This document shows positions 25,556 to 41,329 of a DNA stretch of 64,000 bases, one piece after another. This DNA is from the human T2T-CHM13v2.0 reference genome, Homo sapiens. The number at the start of each line of letters is the position of its first letter. Within the stretch, counting starts at the first letter, position 1. The stretch lies in assembly GCF_009914755.1 (NCBI RefSeq), contig NC_060930.1, one strand, 5' to 3'. The notes below the pieces were generated by a model. That model saw only the letters and a list, made by a program, of their open reading frames with translations. It was not told the DNA's origin and searched no databases. Position numbers and translations under genes: made by a program.

Positions 25556-26537
25556 GGGAGAGAGATAAGCAATGCTGGTAGTGTGCCCCTTTCTTGTGGC
25601 ACTGTAGTAGTTTTGGCTGAGGGCTGGTGAGAGAGTGAACTCCATCTTCTTGGCCATACCAACCCAGAGTGGAGCTTGCATCATGCTGAGGTTGTATTGG
25701 CAGGAAGGAGTAGGTCATGGCTTCACTGCTGCAGACTCTTGATGTTCTTGTTCACATTTAGTCAATTTTCTTGAATAAATGATTTTGTATTTGCTATTTT
25801 CCCTTAGAACAATTTCTAGTCTTTAAATGATTGCTATAATTGCTCTTTTGTTGTTGTTATTTTTATTTTGAATGATTTTTCAACAGTTACGATTGTTTTG
25901 CTGAGGAGTGGGTCTATGGAGCTCCTCACACAGCTATTTCAGAATGTAAGGATATTGGTACTTTAGGCTTCAGGGCAACCTGGCAGGTATGTGGTGGGTG
26001 GTGATATTTGACCTGTCGTTTCTAGCTCATATTATTTTTATCCCAGTGTCTAAGCAAATATTATCAGTTTCTATGGATGTCCTAAGAAAAAGCCTAGGGA
26101 GAACTGAATTATGACTATTCCCAAATATCTTTCAGGTGTTGTAAATGATATTGGAGAAACATTTATTTTTTCAGCTATTGCTAGTATTTGCTTTCCTTAT
26201 ATAACTCAAAATTCTATCATTTGGGATTTACTTGTCTTTTTGTGTTGCTCTTTTCCATAACATTTAATTTAAATTGCTTTGTCCTTAATCCCTCATATTG
26301 GAAAAATCATAGTCTTTTCCTTCCATCATCCTGATGTCCTTGAAATGCCTGGAAGTCTATCTAAACTTTTCTAATAGATTCCATTTTTTATTTCAGTTTT
26401 TTTTTTTTGCTTCAACTGATTTTCTTTCTTCTTATTTTAATTTTTTCTTCTGTCTATTGTTTACACTGCTTTTCCTATTTTGGAGATTGTTCTTATTTTT
26501 CATCACATTATTTTTAACCCAAAGCTATTAATGTGTG

Positions 26538-27345
26538 TGTTACATTAGAAAATGTCTCCTTCCTGCCACCAAGATATCCACATTCTAACTACTGACACCT
26601 ATGGATGTGTTACCTTACATGGTAAAAGCCACTTTGCATAAGTCATTAAATTAAGAAGCTGGGGATGAGGAAAATATGTTAGGTTATCAGGGTGGGTCCA
26701 GTGTAATCACAAGAGTCCTGGTAAGAGAGGCGGAATGATTAGAATTAGTAGTAGGAAAGGCAATATGACGATGGAAGCAGAGATTGGGAGAATGCAACTA
26801 CAAGTGAAAGAATGCAGCCGGAGGTGGTGGCTCACACCTGTAATACCAGCACTTAGGAGGCCAAGGCGGAGGAATCACATGCAGTCAGGAGTTCGAGACC
26901 AGCCTGGCCAACAAGGTGAAACCCTGTCTGTACTAAAAATACAAAAAATTAGCCGGGCGTGGTGGCGCACACCTGTAATCCCAGCTATTCAATAGGCTGA
27001 GGCAGGAGAATTGCTTGAACCTGAGAGGTGGACATTGCAGTGAGGTGAGATAGCGCCATTGCACTCCAGACTGGGCAACAAGAGTGAAACTCTGTCTAAA
27101 AAAAAAAAAAGAAAAGAAAAGAAAAGAGAAGAAAGAATGCCAGTAGCGTCTAGAAAAAGTAGAAGCAAGAACAAATCTTTCCCTAGAACTTCCAGAAAAA
27201 GGTAGCCTTGCTGACAACCACCATTTGAGCCCCACAACACTTGTATCAGACATTTAACTTCCATAACTGTAAGACAATAATTTGTGTTTTTTAATCCACT
27301 AAATTTGTGGTAATTTGTTAGAACAGCAAAAAGAAAATGTAGCGC
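26538..27345 (+). mobile_element. MLT1D-like LTR interrupted by an Alu
   Basis: GTTACCTTACATGGTAAAAG, GTAATCACAAGAGTCC, CCACTAAATTTGTGGTAATTTGTTA. Confidence 0.85.
26816..27130 (+). mobile_element. AluSq-like
   Basis: Full dimer with GGCAACAAGAGTGAAACTC; TSD GAAAGAATGC. Confidence 0.92.
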
Positions 27346-27855
27346 AGTAGGTTTTCCTGCTGGTCTGAGTTATGGGTCATTGGAGCATCTCATAGTTCAG
27401 GCAGCAATGTACATTTGAATGTCATTAGACATCTCTTTCCTCAAGTTGATTGCTGTCCCCCCAAAATATTGATATCCTTGCTCTAAGACCTTCTACTTGA
27501 TACTTTCCAGGCTTTACTTTATTTTGAGAGACTTTTCTATCCATGCCTCATTCTTTTTCTAGTTCTTCTCCTAACTACTAGAGGAAATGCCTAAAGTCTT
27601 GATAATCTTTAATTCAGGCTAATTTAGCAATGTATTTGAAATACAATCCACTTACATTGTGCATTCTAAGCCATCAGTAGCCATCCACCATTAAGATTAT
27701 ATTTATCCCCTCACAGGTAAAGGCACAGATGCCTTCTTAATTTTTTACTGCAAAGATCAAGCTTTTATTTCCAATAAAATATAAATAAATTACTATTTCC
27801 TTTCTGTTATTAAAACTCACTTGCCTCATTTCTGCTCACTTTTTCAGATGTCTAA

Positions 27856-28170
<315 letters not shown>

Positions 28171-28377
28171 TGTCTAATGTCTTTTTCACAATCTATTTTG
28201 TAAGATTTTTAGTGTGAGTTTCTTCAATGAGAATTTTAATCATTCATATTTTATTCTTTATCTTTAAACCTTGGTAGTCTATGCATCATTCTAATAATCC
28301 TTTTACATTAACAGGCACAATTTTTATAAAAAATTATAGTTTAATTATTCAATTAAAATTATTTATTAATTTTGAAC

Positions 28378-28495
28378 TTATACTATGTACACACCCTTGT
28401 ATAAGTGGTTTACCCACGTCTTATCATTTAATGGTCAAAAAATAATTTATTAGGTAGATATCATTTTTTCCCATTTTATTGGTGGGTAAAATATC
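28378..28495 (-). mobile_element. MIR fragment
   Basis: TCATTTAAT...AGGTAGATATCATTTTTTCCCATTTTA. Confidence 0.55.
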
Positions 28496-29123
28496 AGCTT
28501 TTCTAAAATAGAATAATTTTTCTCCATAAAGCTTCTATTATATAATTTTTAGGCCATAATTAATATATTTATTACCTTTTGGTTCTAAAGAAGATGAGAA
28601 AAACAAATATACATTATTCATTATGTCCTATTTCTCTTTTATTTCATCTTCTACCTCAAGTCTTTTAAATTTTATTAAACAATTGTAATTGCCTGAGGCA
28701 GCTTGAAATATGTAAAATAAACAATGTGAATATGTAAACTAATACAAATTTGCTTCAGTTTTCTGGGTGGAGTAAATTTTTCTTTCAAGAAAGATACCTA
28801 TTCCAACTGAATTTACTCTGTAGAGTACTTTAGTAGTGATTAGGAAAGCCTCTGAAGTTTTCCTACCTCAAATATAATATAAAATAACAAATATAATCCC
28901 TAGAAGTGCTGCAGGCCAAGCAATAGGAATACATTTCTAACGTTAATTTGAGGTAAGACAAAACACAAGTGTACATGAATTCCCAAAGCCTAGTTATAGG
29001 TATTAGTTACTCAATGTTTTCAAAAAAGTTAATGGTATAGAAACAAATTTTTTTTACTCTGAAGGCTGCTAATGGTTACAATTAGATTTTGCAATAGACA
29101 GGTGGAGCAAAGAGATGAAATCA

Positions 29124-29125
<2 letters not shown>

Positions 29126-29160
<35 letters not shown>
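29126..29160. repeat. (TG)15(CG)n microsatellite
   Basis: Direct inspection. Confidence 0.95.
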
Positions 29161-30019
29161 TCATATTAGCACTGTGAATTTTTAAGCAGGCAAATGCCCA
29201 TTATTCTCTTAACTAAATGCTTCTTCACAGAGAGAAAATGTATAGATATACCGTTCACATTGATTAAACGAAGGTCAACAAATTCTAGAAAATAACACAG
29301 AAAAATGAAAACACAGTATGAATCAAATGGGAAAAAGTAACAATGTTTAATTTATTGACAAAAATATGGCCTATAAATCTGAAAATTTTCTATTTGAATT
29401 TCTATTAAATACATAATTTTAAGATTATAACCCAATAATTAATTTTTCTTGGTAATACTGACTAGCTTTATTAAATTGAAATTTGTCCTTGAGAAATTGT
29501 TCTAGGTCATGCTGTTTTTTATCTTAATATATCACTGCCAGGGATCTACAGTTAGCCTTAACTTTATATCCATTTGTCATTTGTTATCAGTGCCAAAACA
29601 CTACATAATTTTTTAAAAAGATAGCATCGACTTTGGTGGACGTCTGCGTATTCTTGAAGCTTCCAGTTAATTAATTAATAAGAACAACTATGACCCTTTA
29701 GATGATGTTCAAATTTTATCATCTTGTGTTCTGGATGAGAATGTGGCACTATGGCTGCCATCAATGGAAGTCTCAGGACGGTGGACAAGAGCTGGGATAA
29801 AAGGTTATGTGTTGTGGTAGCTGATGAGAAAGAGTCGATTAAACATTCTTGGGCAACAAAGGCATCATATGCATGGAAAGAATTTCAGTTTTACTACCCT
29901 GCTTTATTTGTTCTACAAGATTTAAAGATCTCCTTCTATCTGGAAAACTTTCACAACTCCTCCTATCTAATTTATTATTCTTTCTCTTCTTTTATAATGT
30001 GTTGAGTTTATGGTGATCT

Positions 30020-30190
30020 TAGCACTTAATGTAGAATACCATAACTGTGATTTTACTTGTGTGATTATCTCCTTAGACTGTGAGCTCCCTAAGGCATAGG
30101 ATTGTGTTGGATTCTTTTTGAATCTAAATGCCTCAAATGGTACCTAGCCCCTATAAGACATTTAAACTATTTTTAGATGAATAAATAAAT
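30020..30190 (+). mobile_element. L2 3' end
   Basis: TAGACTGTGAGCTCCCTAAGGCATAGGA...GATGAATAAATAAAT. Confidence 0.75.
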
Positions 30191-30539
30191 AGACGAACTA
30201 AAAGTGAAAACTTTCAATTTCTGTGCTATTTGGGCTTGCATGTGTAACTAAATGTTTAATAAAGAAAAATAAAACAGGTAAATTAGAGGTTATTTTCAAA
30301 ACTCTTCAGAAGAGTCGCTGAATCAACTTGGAAGCCAGAATGTTTCCAGATAATATTATAATAGAAATGCAACTTTGGGGAAAGATAGAATATAGGGAAT
30401 GGCTCACCCTTGATATATTAATAAGCACTTTGGATTCATGATGCCACTTAAAGTATGCTTAGAATACTCATTTTATTAATAGCTGCTATGGTTTTCATGC
30501 ATGTGCCTTTCCAAAATTCAAATGTTGGAATGTAGTGCT

Positions 30540-30805
30540 GTAGACCACTAGAACTTACTACTTCTAGCTTTAATTTTACATCTGTTAACTAAGCTCTCCC
30601 TACCTCCCTACCCTTTGCAGCCTCTAGCAACCACCATTCTACTCTCTACCACTATGTGATCAAATTTTAGCTTCCACATATGAGTAAGAACATGTGGTAT
30701 TCATCTTCCCATGCCTGGCTTATTCCCCTTAACATAATGTTTTCCAATCTCATCTGTTTTGCCAAGGATGACAGAATTTTATTCTTTTTATGGCAGAATA
30801 TTATT
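30540..30805 (-). mobile_element. L1MA 3' UTR fragment, preceded by a short MST-like LTR start at ~30485-30530
   Basis: CAGCCTCTAGCAACCACCATTCTACTCTCTAC, TCCACATATGAGTAAGAACATG. Confidence 0.8.
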
Positions 30806-30974
30806 TGGACATAAAAGTGAATGAAATACTGATATACACCACATTGTGGATGAACCTCCTAAATATTATGCTAATAAAGGAAGTTATACATAAATGATCC
30901 CCTATTATATGATTGAGCAAAGGACTAATTTGCTAAAGTGAACTGTAGGCTAGAGAACTAACAAGAGAAAATGA

Positions 30975-31720
30975 CAGAAAAGCCACAATGAGGTACCATT
31001 TCATACCCACTAGGAAGAATATAATTAAAAAAAGGTGGGGGGATAACAAGTGTTGATGAAAATGTGGAAAAATTAGAACCCTCATATATTGCTGATGGAA
31101 ATAGTTCAATCTCTGTGGAAAACAGTTTTGTGGTTCTTCGAGAAGTTAAAAATAGAATTCCCATATAACTCTGCAATTCCATCCCTAGGTACAAACCAAA
31201 AAGAATTTTGAAAACGAGTATTCAAACAAGTATATGTACACGCCTGTGCATAGCAGAATAAGCCATAATAGCCAAAAGGTGAAAACGGCCAAAATTTCCA
31301 TCAACAGATGAATACATAAACAAATTATGGCACTGCATATACATACAATGGAATATTATTTTGATATAAAAGTGAATGAAATACTGATATACCCACACTG
31401 TGGATGAACTCCCCAAATATTATGCCAAAGAAGGAAGTTAGACACAAAATGTCCCATGTATATGATTCCATTCATAAAATACTCACAATAGATCGTTCCA
31501 TATAGACATTGTAGACTGGTGTTTTCTAGGGAATAAGGGAAGTGGGGAATGAGAAGAAACTGCTTAGTGGGTAAGGGTTACTTTACAGTGATAGAAATGC
31601 TTTGGAACTGAAGTTGGTTGCAGAGCCTTGAGAGTGTACTAAATGCACTGAATTATTCTCTCTAAAATGGTTTGTTTTGTGCTTATGTGAATTTTGCCTC
31701 AACATTTATTTTTTAAAAAT
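30975..31720 (+). mobile_element. L1MB4-like 3' end
   Basis: CCACAATGAGGTACCATTTCATACCCACTAGG...GTACTAAATGCACTGAATT...ATGTGAATTTTGCCTCAA. Confidence 0.83.
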
Positions 31721-33009
31721 AATGATAGATATTTATTTATATATTTATGCAAATGAGTTTAAGAAGTGGGGTGGTAGCACACAGAATTTGGATAAGATCT
31801 CAAACTTAATTTTAAGAGTAAATAGATTTCTTTTATAACTAAATTTCTTAATCATAGGAACTATAAATGTAGGATTTGAAAGTAAGGTTAAACTGCTCTA
31901 AATATGAACAGCAATGCCAAAGACAGTTTGTTTTAATTATAATAACAACAACAATAATAACAAACATCTGGAAAATGCATCTTCAAAAGTTCAATTCCAC
32001 TAACAATGACCAAAACAATAACATGTTCAATCCTCTGTATCTGCTTTACATTGCTTTGGAAAGGGCTTCAAGTTTTCACTTTCCTTTTAAGAAATACTGT
32101 TGAATTGCTTGACTAAAATCAAAATGATGTTTTTCTATAAAACAAATAACTTTCTTGCTGCTTTTTTCTAAATTTACTTTATATACAATCTTAGAAATAA
32201 CATATCTTATCCTAATCTGCCAGCCCCCTCTTCATTATACAGCTATCACCATAATAACCCTCAAGGAATGATTTAACTTCATAATTATAAGGACTCAAAG
32301 AATGATTAGAACAATGTTTTCCTTCTCTCTCATTTCCTCTTGTTAATTTTCTAGCCTGCAATCCGCCTTTCTTTTAATGTTCACTGTCGGGGCCCAATAA
32401 TGCCCTCTGGTAGAAGCAGGATGAGGAGTTTACTCATGCTGCAGAATGATGACTGTTTCTTCACAGCAGTGGGATGCACAAGCATATTGAATTGATTGTT
32501 GGCTTGCTTTCCCCATTTCCTTTTAAAATTTGTTGTTTAAAAACCTGTAATGACAAATATTAATTTTGACTTTTTGGAAAATATCAATAGCTATTTTCAG
32601 AGTTCGTCTGTAGAGCAATAGTGACTGGGCATACTTTACACGTATCTTCCATTTCACATATCTTCCATTTATATAATTGAATGTAAATGTACATCGTGAT
32701 TTTATGGACATGTAAATTCATTGACATTTTATCCCAGAGATTGAATTTAAAACAGTGGATTTTGTATGTGTCTGCTTTTCACCCTCACTACTGGTCCTAC
32801 TTAATTGGGGAGAAACTTTTGATTCTGGAAGATTGGAAAATAAATTAAGGTGCAAATAAGGATGCAATTGAGAAGGAAATGTAAATACATTATAAAGATG
32901 GGGTCGAATCACGCTAAAGAAAATTGAGATTTTAAAGTGGCTAAGATGAGAAAATACAAGCTATTAAATAAGTGCTTTTTGAAAAGTTAGTTATTGATTT
33001 GTATCAAAA

Positions 33010-34400
<1,391 letters not shown>

Positions 34401-37400
34401 TTAAATATGACAAGTGGAGTGGAGAAAAACAAGAGATATGTTTGAGTTTTACTTGTGTTTGATTTTTAAATTGAGATTTTAGATTTTTCATAAATTAGGT
34501 GTTCTAGGACAAACTCTCCTAAACATTTAGTTGGACTTAATAGCTATAGCAATTAAAATGAAGTCACTTTTCAAATTAACCTTTCGATGACATTACAGAT
34601 TGAAATAAGATGAGTTTATTCTAACAAGGCTTTAAGGTATGTCCTTTGCATATGTGTTTCTACGAGAGAGCTCAAAATTGCAAGGTGTCTAAATCAGAAT
34701 GGCCATGAGGGAATATGGACCTACACATCTTCTGAAGTGTTAGAGAAATTATAAGAACCAAACAGAAATTACTCACCTTGTGAAAAAGTAATCTTTAAGT
34801 GTTACAGATTTCCTTGGATCTTGAAAATAACTTTATTGCATTTCACCTTGCCTGAACTTGTAACTCACAACACATTCTTTTTTTTTTTTTTGAATGCTAT
34901 GAAAACTACTCACTCTAATGTTAAAGCAAATCTTTGATATCTGTACATGGTTTTCATTTATGTGTTTATGCTAACAAGTAGACCATAATAAGGGATTTGT
35001 CATTTTGGCTGCCTTTTCTAGCCTTTAATATGAAATAGCATATATTCAAAATAATTTTTAGTGAAATAATTTAATTATACTCAAGTTATAAAATGTGCTT
35101 TCCTAATGTTATATGAACAGGGACTTTAAATATATTTTTAAATAGTTTACAATCATTGTTTTGAAATGAGTGTTTAAAAAAGTATGCTTAATCCTTGCCT
35201 TTTATTTTCCTTATAATTAGTTGATTGCTATTTTTTTTAAATCTTAACTACTGAATTTCACAATAAAAATATAACAATCTTTAAAACTTATAGACAGTAC
35301 TAGTGTGTCTCAGCAGAATAGAAACATATCTGAATATGTTATAAATTCTCTACTGAAGGGGCCAATTAAATAAAACATTTTATTCATGCATTTATTCATT
35401 TTATTCATACTGTTTTCTTCATATGTTTATCTTGGTGAATCAGAATAAATAAGAGAGAAGAGACTGATTTATTACAGAGAACCGTCCAAAGATGATGTTG
35501 TCTTTTTTTTTTACTGGTACAAAAGTCAAGTAGGCATGATACTATTCTTTAATCAGTTACTTGGGCATATTGTCATGTGTTTTGTAGATGGAATAGTTTG
35601 TTAAAACATAGAAGTTATAGAGATATCCTCCTTATTCTTCCCACTTTTCACTCTTTTTGTTTTTCCTAATCTTTAGAACTCTTATTCAAAAAATTTAGAC
35701 AATTCTAAATTAGTTACTGTTACTAAAGAATTTCCCTGACTTTAAAGGAAATGTTCATTTATGTACCTAAAAGTTATAATGTATGATAATCTGGTTTGGG
35801 CAGAATTATAGGCATTTGACATCCCTTTAGTTTTTGTGAATCTTTCTAGAATAATATGAATGCAACAGCTTTTCTGATAATGCTCCTATCTACAATAGAT
35901 GTTATTTTATAGCAGATTATATTTAGTTTATCTATTGCAAATATAGCCTATCTTAGATAGATTGCACTGTGCTGTTGTGAGTTTCTCCCTGTGCTATTCC
36001 AGCTGTCTTCTTGAATTTCCGCAATATTAATAACCAGCATTTGGCGTAAGGTAATTTACATGAAAAAACACATTGTATGAATTGTATGATTTTCACTCCT
36101 TCCATGTTATGCCACTCAACCTATATGGTTATGGCCTGCTTTTCTGAATTGAAGAGTAATTGCAAGGTGGTTATAAGGTCATTTTGTAAATAAGATACAA
36201 GGCATTGGTAATGTGCATATTCTGACTTCAATTCGATGTCTTTCGGTAAACTTGTAGCCTCAGTGTTGACATATTAATAGGAAACGTGTTGATTTGTTTC
36301 TCTTTCAAGCTCTAATTTGATGATTAGCTATTACTTATGACTTAGAAAAACCTGTGTAAAACAAACAACAATAGAAGAAACTATATTGTGGCATGTTTTT
36401 AAGTAAAAGTTAATAGAGTCAAAGTAAGAAATATTACATATGTGGCATGTTACGCAAGTAGGAAACAGTCTCATTGGGACTTCCAAAACATTAAAGAGAA
36501 AAAAATCACAGCTTTGCAAAATACTCTGTATTTATATCACTTTTCAGAGGCCTAATGAAACATTTTACATATTATATAGTATACTCTTTAAGGGAATTAC
36601 AAAAATTGCTACTTTTTTAAAAAAAAGATGTTCCACTAAAAGAAGATATTAAAAATGATTTCAGATGATGTAGGACTCCTGGCTGGGCAGATGGATTCTA
36701 CCAGATAGTTTTTGATGAAAATATGGTCAATATTAAGAATAAATTTTCAGATATGTTAGGAATTTGTATAAGCTAGATTGCTCCATATGGATAGATTTAT
36801 ATTATAAAGTTTAAGAAGAATTACCAATTGCAGTCAGGTAAACTAAACTTTAGAAACATTAAACAATTTCAAAATTTTAGTCCAAGCTCATTAAATGATT
36901 CCTGTACCTTTTCTAGTGCCCTTTACTAATAATGACAAAGGGGGCAATCATTTATTTTGCCAGTGACTGGGGCCTTGAAACAATTGAGTCCATGCTAATA
37001 AGCTAGGAACCTTATTTCTCTAAACATGGAAGAAAACACATGTATAGAGGGTAAATTTATTCCTGTTATCATGACTTCCCAATTAAATCCCAGCTCCAGT
37101 ATCTGCACAGTTAATGTCAACTCAAAACTGTTTTTATTACTTAGCCACCAATGTGGTCATCATTTTCCAATCTCGAATGAATGTTTTCACCTCACCTTGA
37201 AATATAAATATTATTATATGTAATATAAATATATCAAACATATTGGGTGCATTAGTGACTAAGAAAGTTTTCCTTCTTTTTTTTTTAACAAGTAAACTTA
37301 AACGTGTTTATCTGGTGGATTGTATTTGTGAGTGTATGTAGAACATACGTGGCTTGAACACATGTATTTCCTTTCTCCTAATCTATTTGAAGTATGCAAC

Positions 37401-37569
37401 ATCATCCTAAAGAGAGTTTCTATGAAGTCAAAGTTAATCTGAATTTTAACTTTTCTCTCCATGACTTTGATCCTTATAGCACAATTGACTTCAACAGTAG
37501 TTTCGAGATAAACTTACCGTGTTAAAACCCTTCTTGATGGTGACCCTATCAAATCTCTTGCAGTTTCTC

Positions 37570-37700
37570 AGGGCTCCTGTGCTTTCTCCGGCTCTTCACA
37601 CTTTGCATATTATATTTCCTGTGTCTGAATTACCCTTTTCATATGGTTAACTCTCACTTATCTTTTAATACTCTGCTTTTAGCATTATATTAATAAATTC
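37570..37700 (+). mobile_element. L2 fragment
   Basis: CTTTGCATATTATATTTCCTGTGTCTGAAT...GGTTAACTCTCACTTATCTTT. Confidence 0.5.
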
Positions 37701-37798
37701 CCCAACTACTTTAAATGGATCTTCTGTGGGAGGTAATAGCAGGCTTCTTCCACAGCACTGAGTTACATTTTCCTATGATTTAAGGGAAGGACCATACC

Positions 37799-37825
37799 TT
37801 TTTTTTTTTTTTTTTTTTTTTTTTT
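37799..37825. repeat. Poly(T) tract
   Basis: About 27 consecutive T. Confidence 0.95.
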
Positions 37826-38432
37826 GAGTCCTGGACACTTAGGAAGAGCTCGGGTAGATAATTGTAATTTAATTAATTACTTGATTATCCAATTAATATA
37901 GCAAATACTTATGCACTATTTAGATCTGTGGTTTAAATATTTGCAATTGAAGTTTATATACACATATAAATAGCCCTTTTCGCTCAACTGCTGCTGCAAA
38001 TCAGAGAGCATGGGATATTCTCATGCATGGAATTCATAAGTTTATTTTAGTCAAAGAAATTTAAAGTAAGCCATTTTCTTATTATAATTTTTCCATAATC
38101 GCAAGATTTATATATTTTTTGTAGCTGCAGAATGATACAATAGTACTTAATCATTCATATTATTGCTATCTTACGGTATAGGATTTAGGGGATTATCTGT
38201 GAAACTTCATATACATTAATTCACTGGCATCAAATACTGAATACTAACTTGGCTTATTTCCCTATCATTTCTTCCCACTTCACAGTAGGCCCAGTCAGGT
38301 GGTTGCTACATTAACTTCTCCACAAAACTGCCTTTCAAATAAATCTCTCTTAATATTGTCCTTACATATAATTCTTTATTTTTTATGTATTGATTTGAAG
38401 TAATTTTGTTTATCACATTTTCTTGCATCTGG

Positions 38433-38556
38433 CATTTATTAAAATTGTTTTGAGAATATATTAAATGTCAGGTATAGTTCCAGGCACTTGGAATATGACA
38501 GTGAACCGCCACACTTTCCTTGCCTTCAAGAATCTTAGCATTTCAGGAGGAAGACC
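38433..38556 (-). mobile_element. L2 3' end
   Basis: ATGTCAGGTATAGTTCCAGGCACTTGGAATATGACAGTGAAC...CCTTGCCTTCAAGAATCTTA. Confidence 0.65.
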
Positions 38557-39649
38557 AAATGAGTCCAGGAAAGTTTTTGTCCTTACACTGTTTACCTCCT
38601 TCCAACTGTTTGCAAACCAAAAATTTTGATTTGCATGTAAGAAAATGAACATTTCTGGTTTGTTCTCAAATCTGCAGCTACAGGGGTCTTCTTCTCCGTT
38701 TCATCCAGAGTATCTGCTTGGCCTCCACCATGTCTGACATCTATTTTACTTATTTTCAGTTCAGCTCTTTATTTCATTGAAAAATGACATTGAACCATAC
38801 ATTGTACCTTTTCTCTGATAGTCTATTCAGGAAAGTTATATTGTTGTTGGCCAATGGAATCAGCGTTAAACAATTCACACCATTTTAAAAAATATTTTAA
38901 GTTGATAGAAGGGAAGAAAAGTAGCTCTAAACTAATGAAAATCTAAATTGTTCTGTAATAAATGAATTGATGAGAACTGATCCTATTTGGGATAACAAGA
39001 TTATTGAATTTTAAATTAGGGGAAGTTAATGAATAAATTAATTATTTGACATGACAACTAACTTCTGGTTCTTTCACAATTCAGAAAAATGTCTCTCATC
39101 ATATAACTTGGCTTCTTTTGTTTATGGGAAAGTTCTGTGTCCAAAATTCCATTCTATGACTTAGGGAATGTTTGAGATCCCCTCTGGTAGTTCAAATTGT
39201 GTTTCAATGGCACAACAAGATAGTAAAACATCTTGTCTTGTAAATCATTGCAAAATTTGTGGCAAATGGTCACAGAAGGGGAAGATATCTTTGAAGTATT
39301 GCAAATCAGATTCTCACAGTGTTCAAAATGAATCCTAAGATTATGAAACCATAGCACTACATCAAACTTGAATAAGGAAATAAAATATTTATTGAAAAAT
39401 AGGAAAACCTACTCACTTTAACTGAGAAGAGGTCTTTGTGTCATTTTTTCTCCTTCATCTTTTTCTTCTTTATTCCATAATTCCTACTGACTTATTCTGG
39501 CTTGGTTTCAGAATGAATAGAGGAGAATAATAAAGAAAGTATAGTTTACTTCATCTTTTCCAGTGTTGCTGTTGCAAACCAGAGCCAGAAATGATATTCC
39601 TTCTTGCTCAATTTTCAAAAACAAATCATAACATTATAGAAATTATTAT

Positions 39650-39775
39650 ATAAATGCTTATATCTTATAAGGAACTTATTTAATTCTTACAAGAGTCCCA
39701 TGAATGATCACATTTTACAGATGAGAAAATTGAGGACTAGAGCACATTGTAATTTTTCCAAGATCAAAGCTATAA
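39650..39775 (-). mobile_element. MIR fragment
   Basis: CATTTTACAGATGAGAAAATTGAGG core. Confidence 0.75.
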
Positions 39776-39889
39776 TTGTAACTGTGAATTTACTAGTTGT
39801 AGGCTTTTACATTTCTGGTTTCATAAAGGGGATTATACTCAATAAACATAGCTACTTAATGCCCAACTACAAAAATTCAGAGGTTAGAG

Positions 39890-40150
39890 GTTTTCATGTT
39901 CTTGCAAAGTATTAGACACTATGTGCTGTGACAGTCTCAAGCAGAGCAATATTCCAAAGAACTCTCAGTTTCAGAGCAGAGAGGCACACATTGATTTTAC
40001 GGCAAGGCAGAACAGACTATGCCAAAATATAGAAGTCATAGTCATTTATGAGAAAGGCACTTAGGAAAGTTTATGGGCTCAAGTGAGGCTTCCTGGGGAC
40101 AGTGACACCAGAGCTAGGTTTTGAGGGATGGGTAGGTAGTGATGAGAAGA
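39890..40150 (-). mobile_element. L2 fragment
   Basis: AGGCTTCCTGGGGACAGTGACACCAGAGCTAGGTTTTGAGGGATGGGTAGG. Confidence 0.6.
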
Positions 40151-40544
40151 ACATGGATTGGATCAAAGAAGTGAAAGGTGACATCCAGTGACGCTACAAT
40201 GCTGTTGTCACTTCTAATCTTATAATGAGTGCAAGGTCAAGGCAATCACAAGAGAACAGATAGAAACTGCCATGTTTGGTTTTGCTTTGGATTGACTGGA
40301 GAAGGCAAGGTTAATTAAATGGGGAACATACTTTTCTTTTTTTTCTTCTTCTTTTTTTTTTTGCCTGATCCAACCCTTTGACTCTTAAAATATCCAATGA
40401 TATCCAATGATGAAATATCCAATGATTATTGTAGAGGTGAACACTCTTCCCTTGAGGAAATAGCCTCACTGTTGATAGCTTTAGTCAAAATCACATAATT
40501 TCACTCTGTGAAGGAATATAATGCAGGGTTTACAGGTCAGACTT

Positions 40545-40752
40545 AAAAAACCAGAATGCTTGGATTGAAATCCTGACTTTAACTATTGTCTTTTAGCAAG
40601 AATCTTTACCTCTTTTTGCCTCTGTGTTCTCATTTATAAAATGGGCATACTACTTAATGCCTAGACATAGAATTTTGTATTTATGGAATGAGAGAAACAT
40701 GAAAAGTACAATGTCTAGTACATTGTCAGCACTCAATAAATATTAGCTTATT
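40545..40752 (+). mobile_element. MIR
   Basis: TTGAAATCCTGACTTT...CTCATTTATAAAATGGG...GCACTCAATAAATATTAGCT. Confidence 0.8.
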
Positions 40753-41329
40753 TGCTATTCAGTTGCAAAACTACATGGGACTCAACTCAAATATTCAAGC
40801 AAATAGAATCTTTATCTAAACTGGGACATGAAAAGTCTTGGAAACACAGATGCATTAGCTTGAATTTGGATATGGCTTATTTGGAGATTAATGTAAATCC
40901 AAAGAAAAATGTTCAAGAGAGTATGGGCAACTCACATTCTATCTGGATGTTAATAGTTAGCATTCCAACAGTGGATATGGCAGGATGGTAGAGTTGTTCA
41001 GGCTATAGCAGAACATGTCAGAACAATGTTTGCGTAATAACCAAGGGTAGTAGTGGTGGTTGGCAGGGATGGGCATAAATTTAACGGGACCCTAACAGGA
41101 ATAATAAGAATATAGGGAAGTCTCTTCTAGGATATTAACTAGATCAAGTCTCAGTAGGAACCAGAGCCAAATCAGATACAAAAGCATCATGCTATACTAT
41201 TGACTGTGAAGTCACTAAAGCATATAGAAGTTTTCAGCCTAATGAACACAAGGGTATACATTGTACCATGAGGTCCATGAAACTCAGAACCTAATAGGAT
41301 AAATGAAAAATGAATATCTTGGATTGGCT

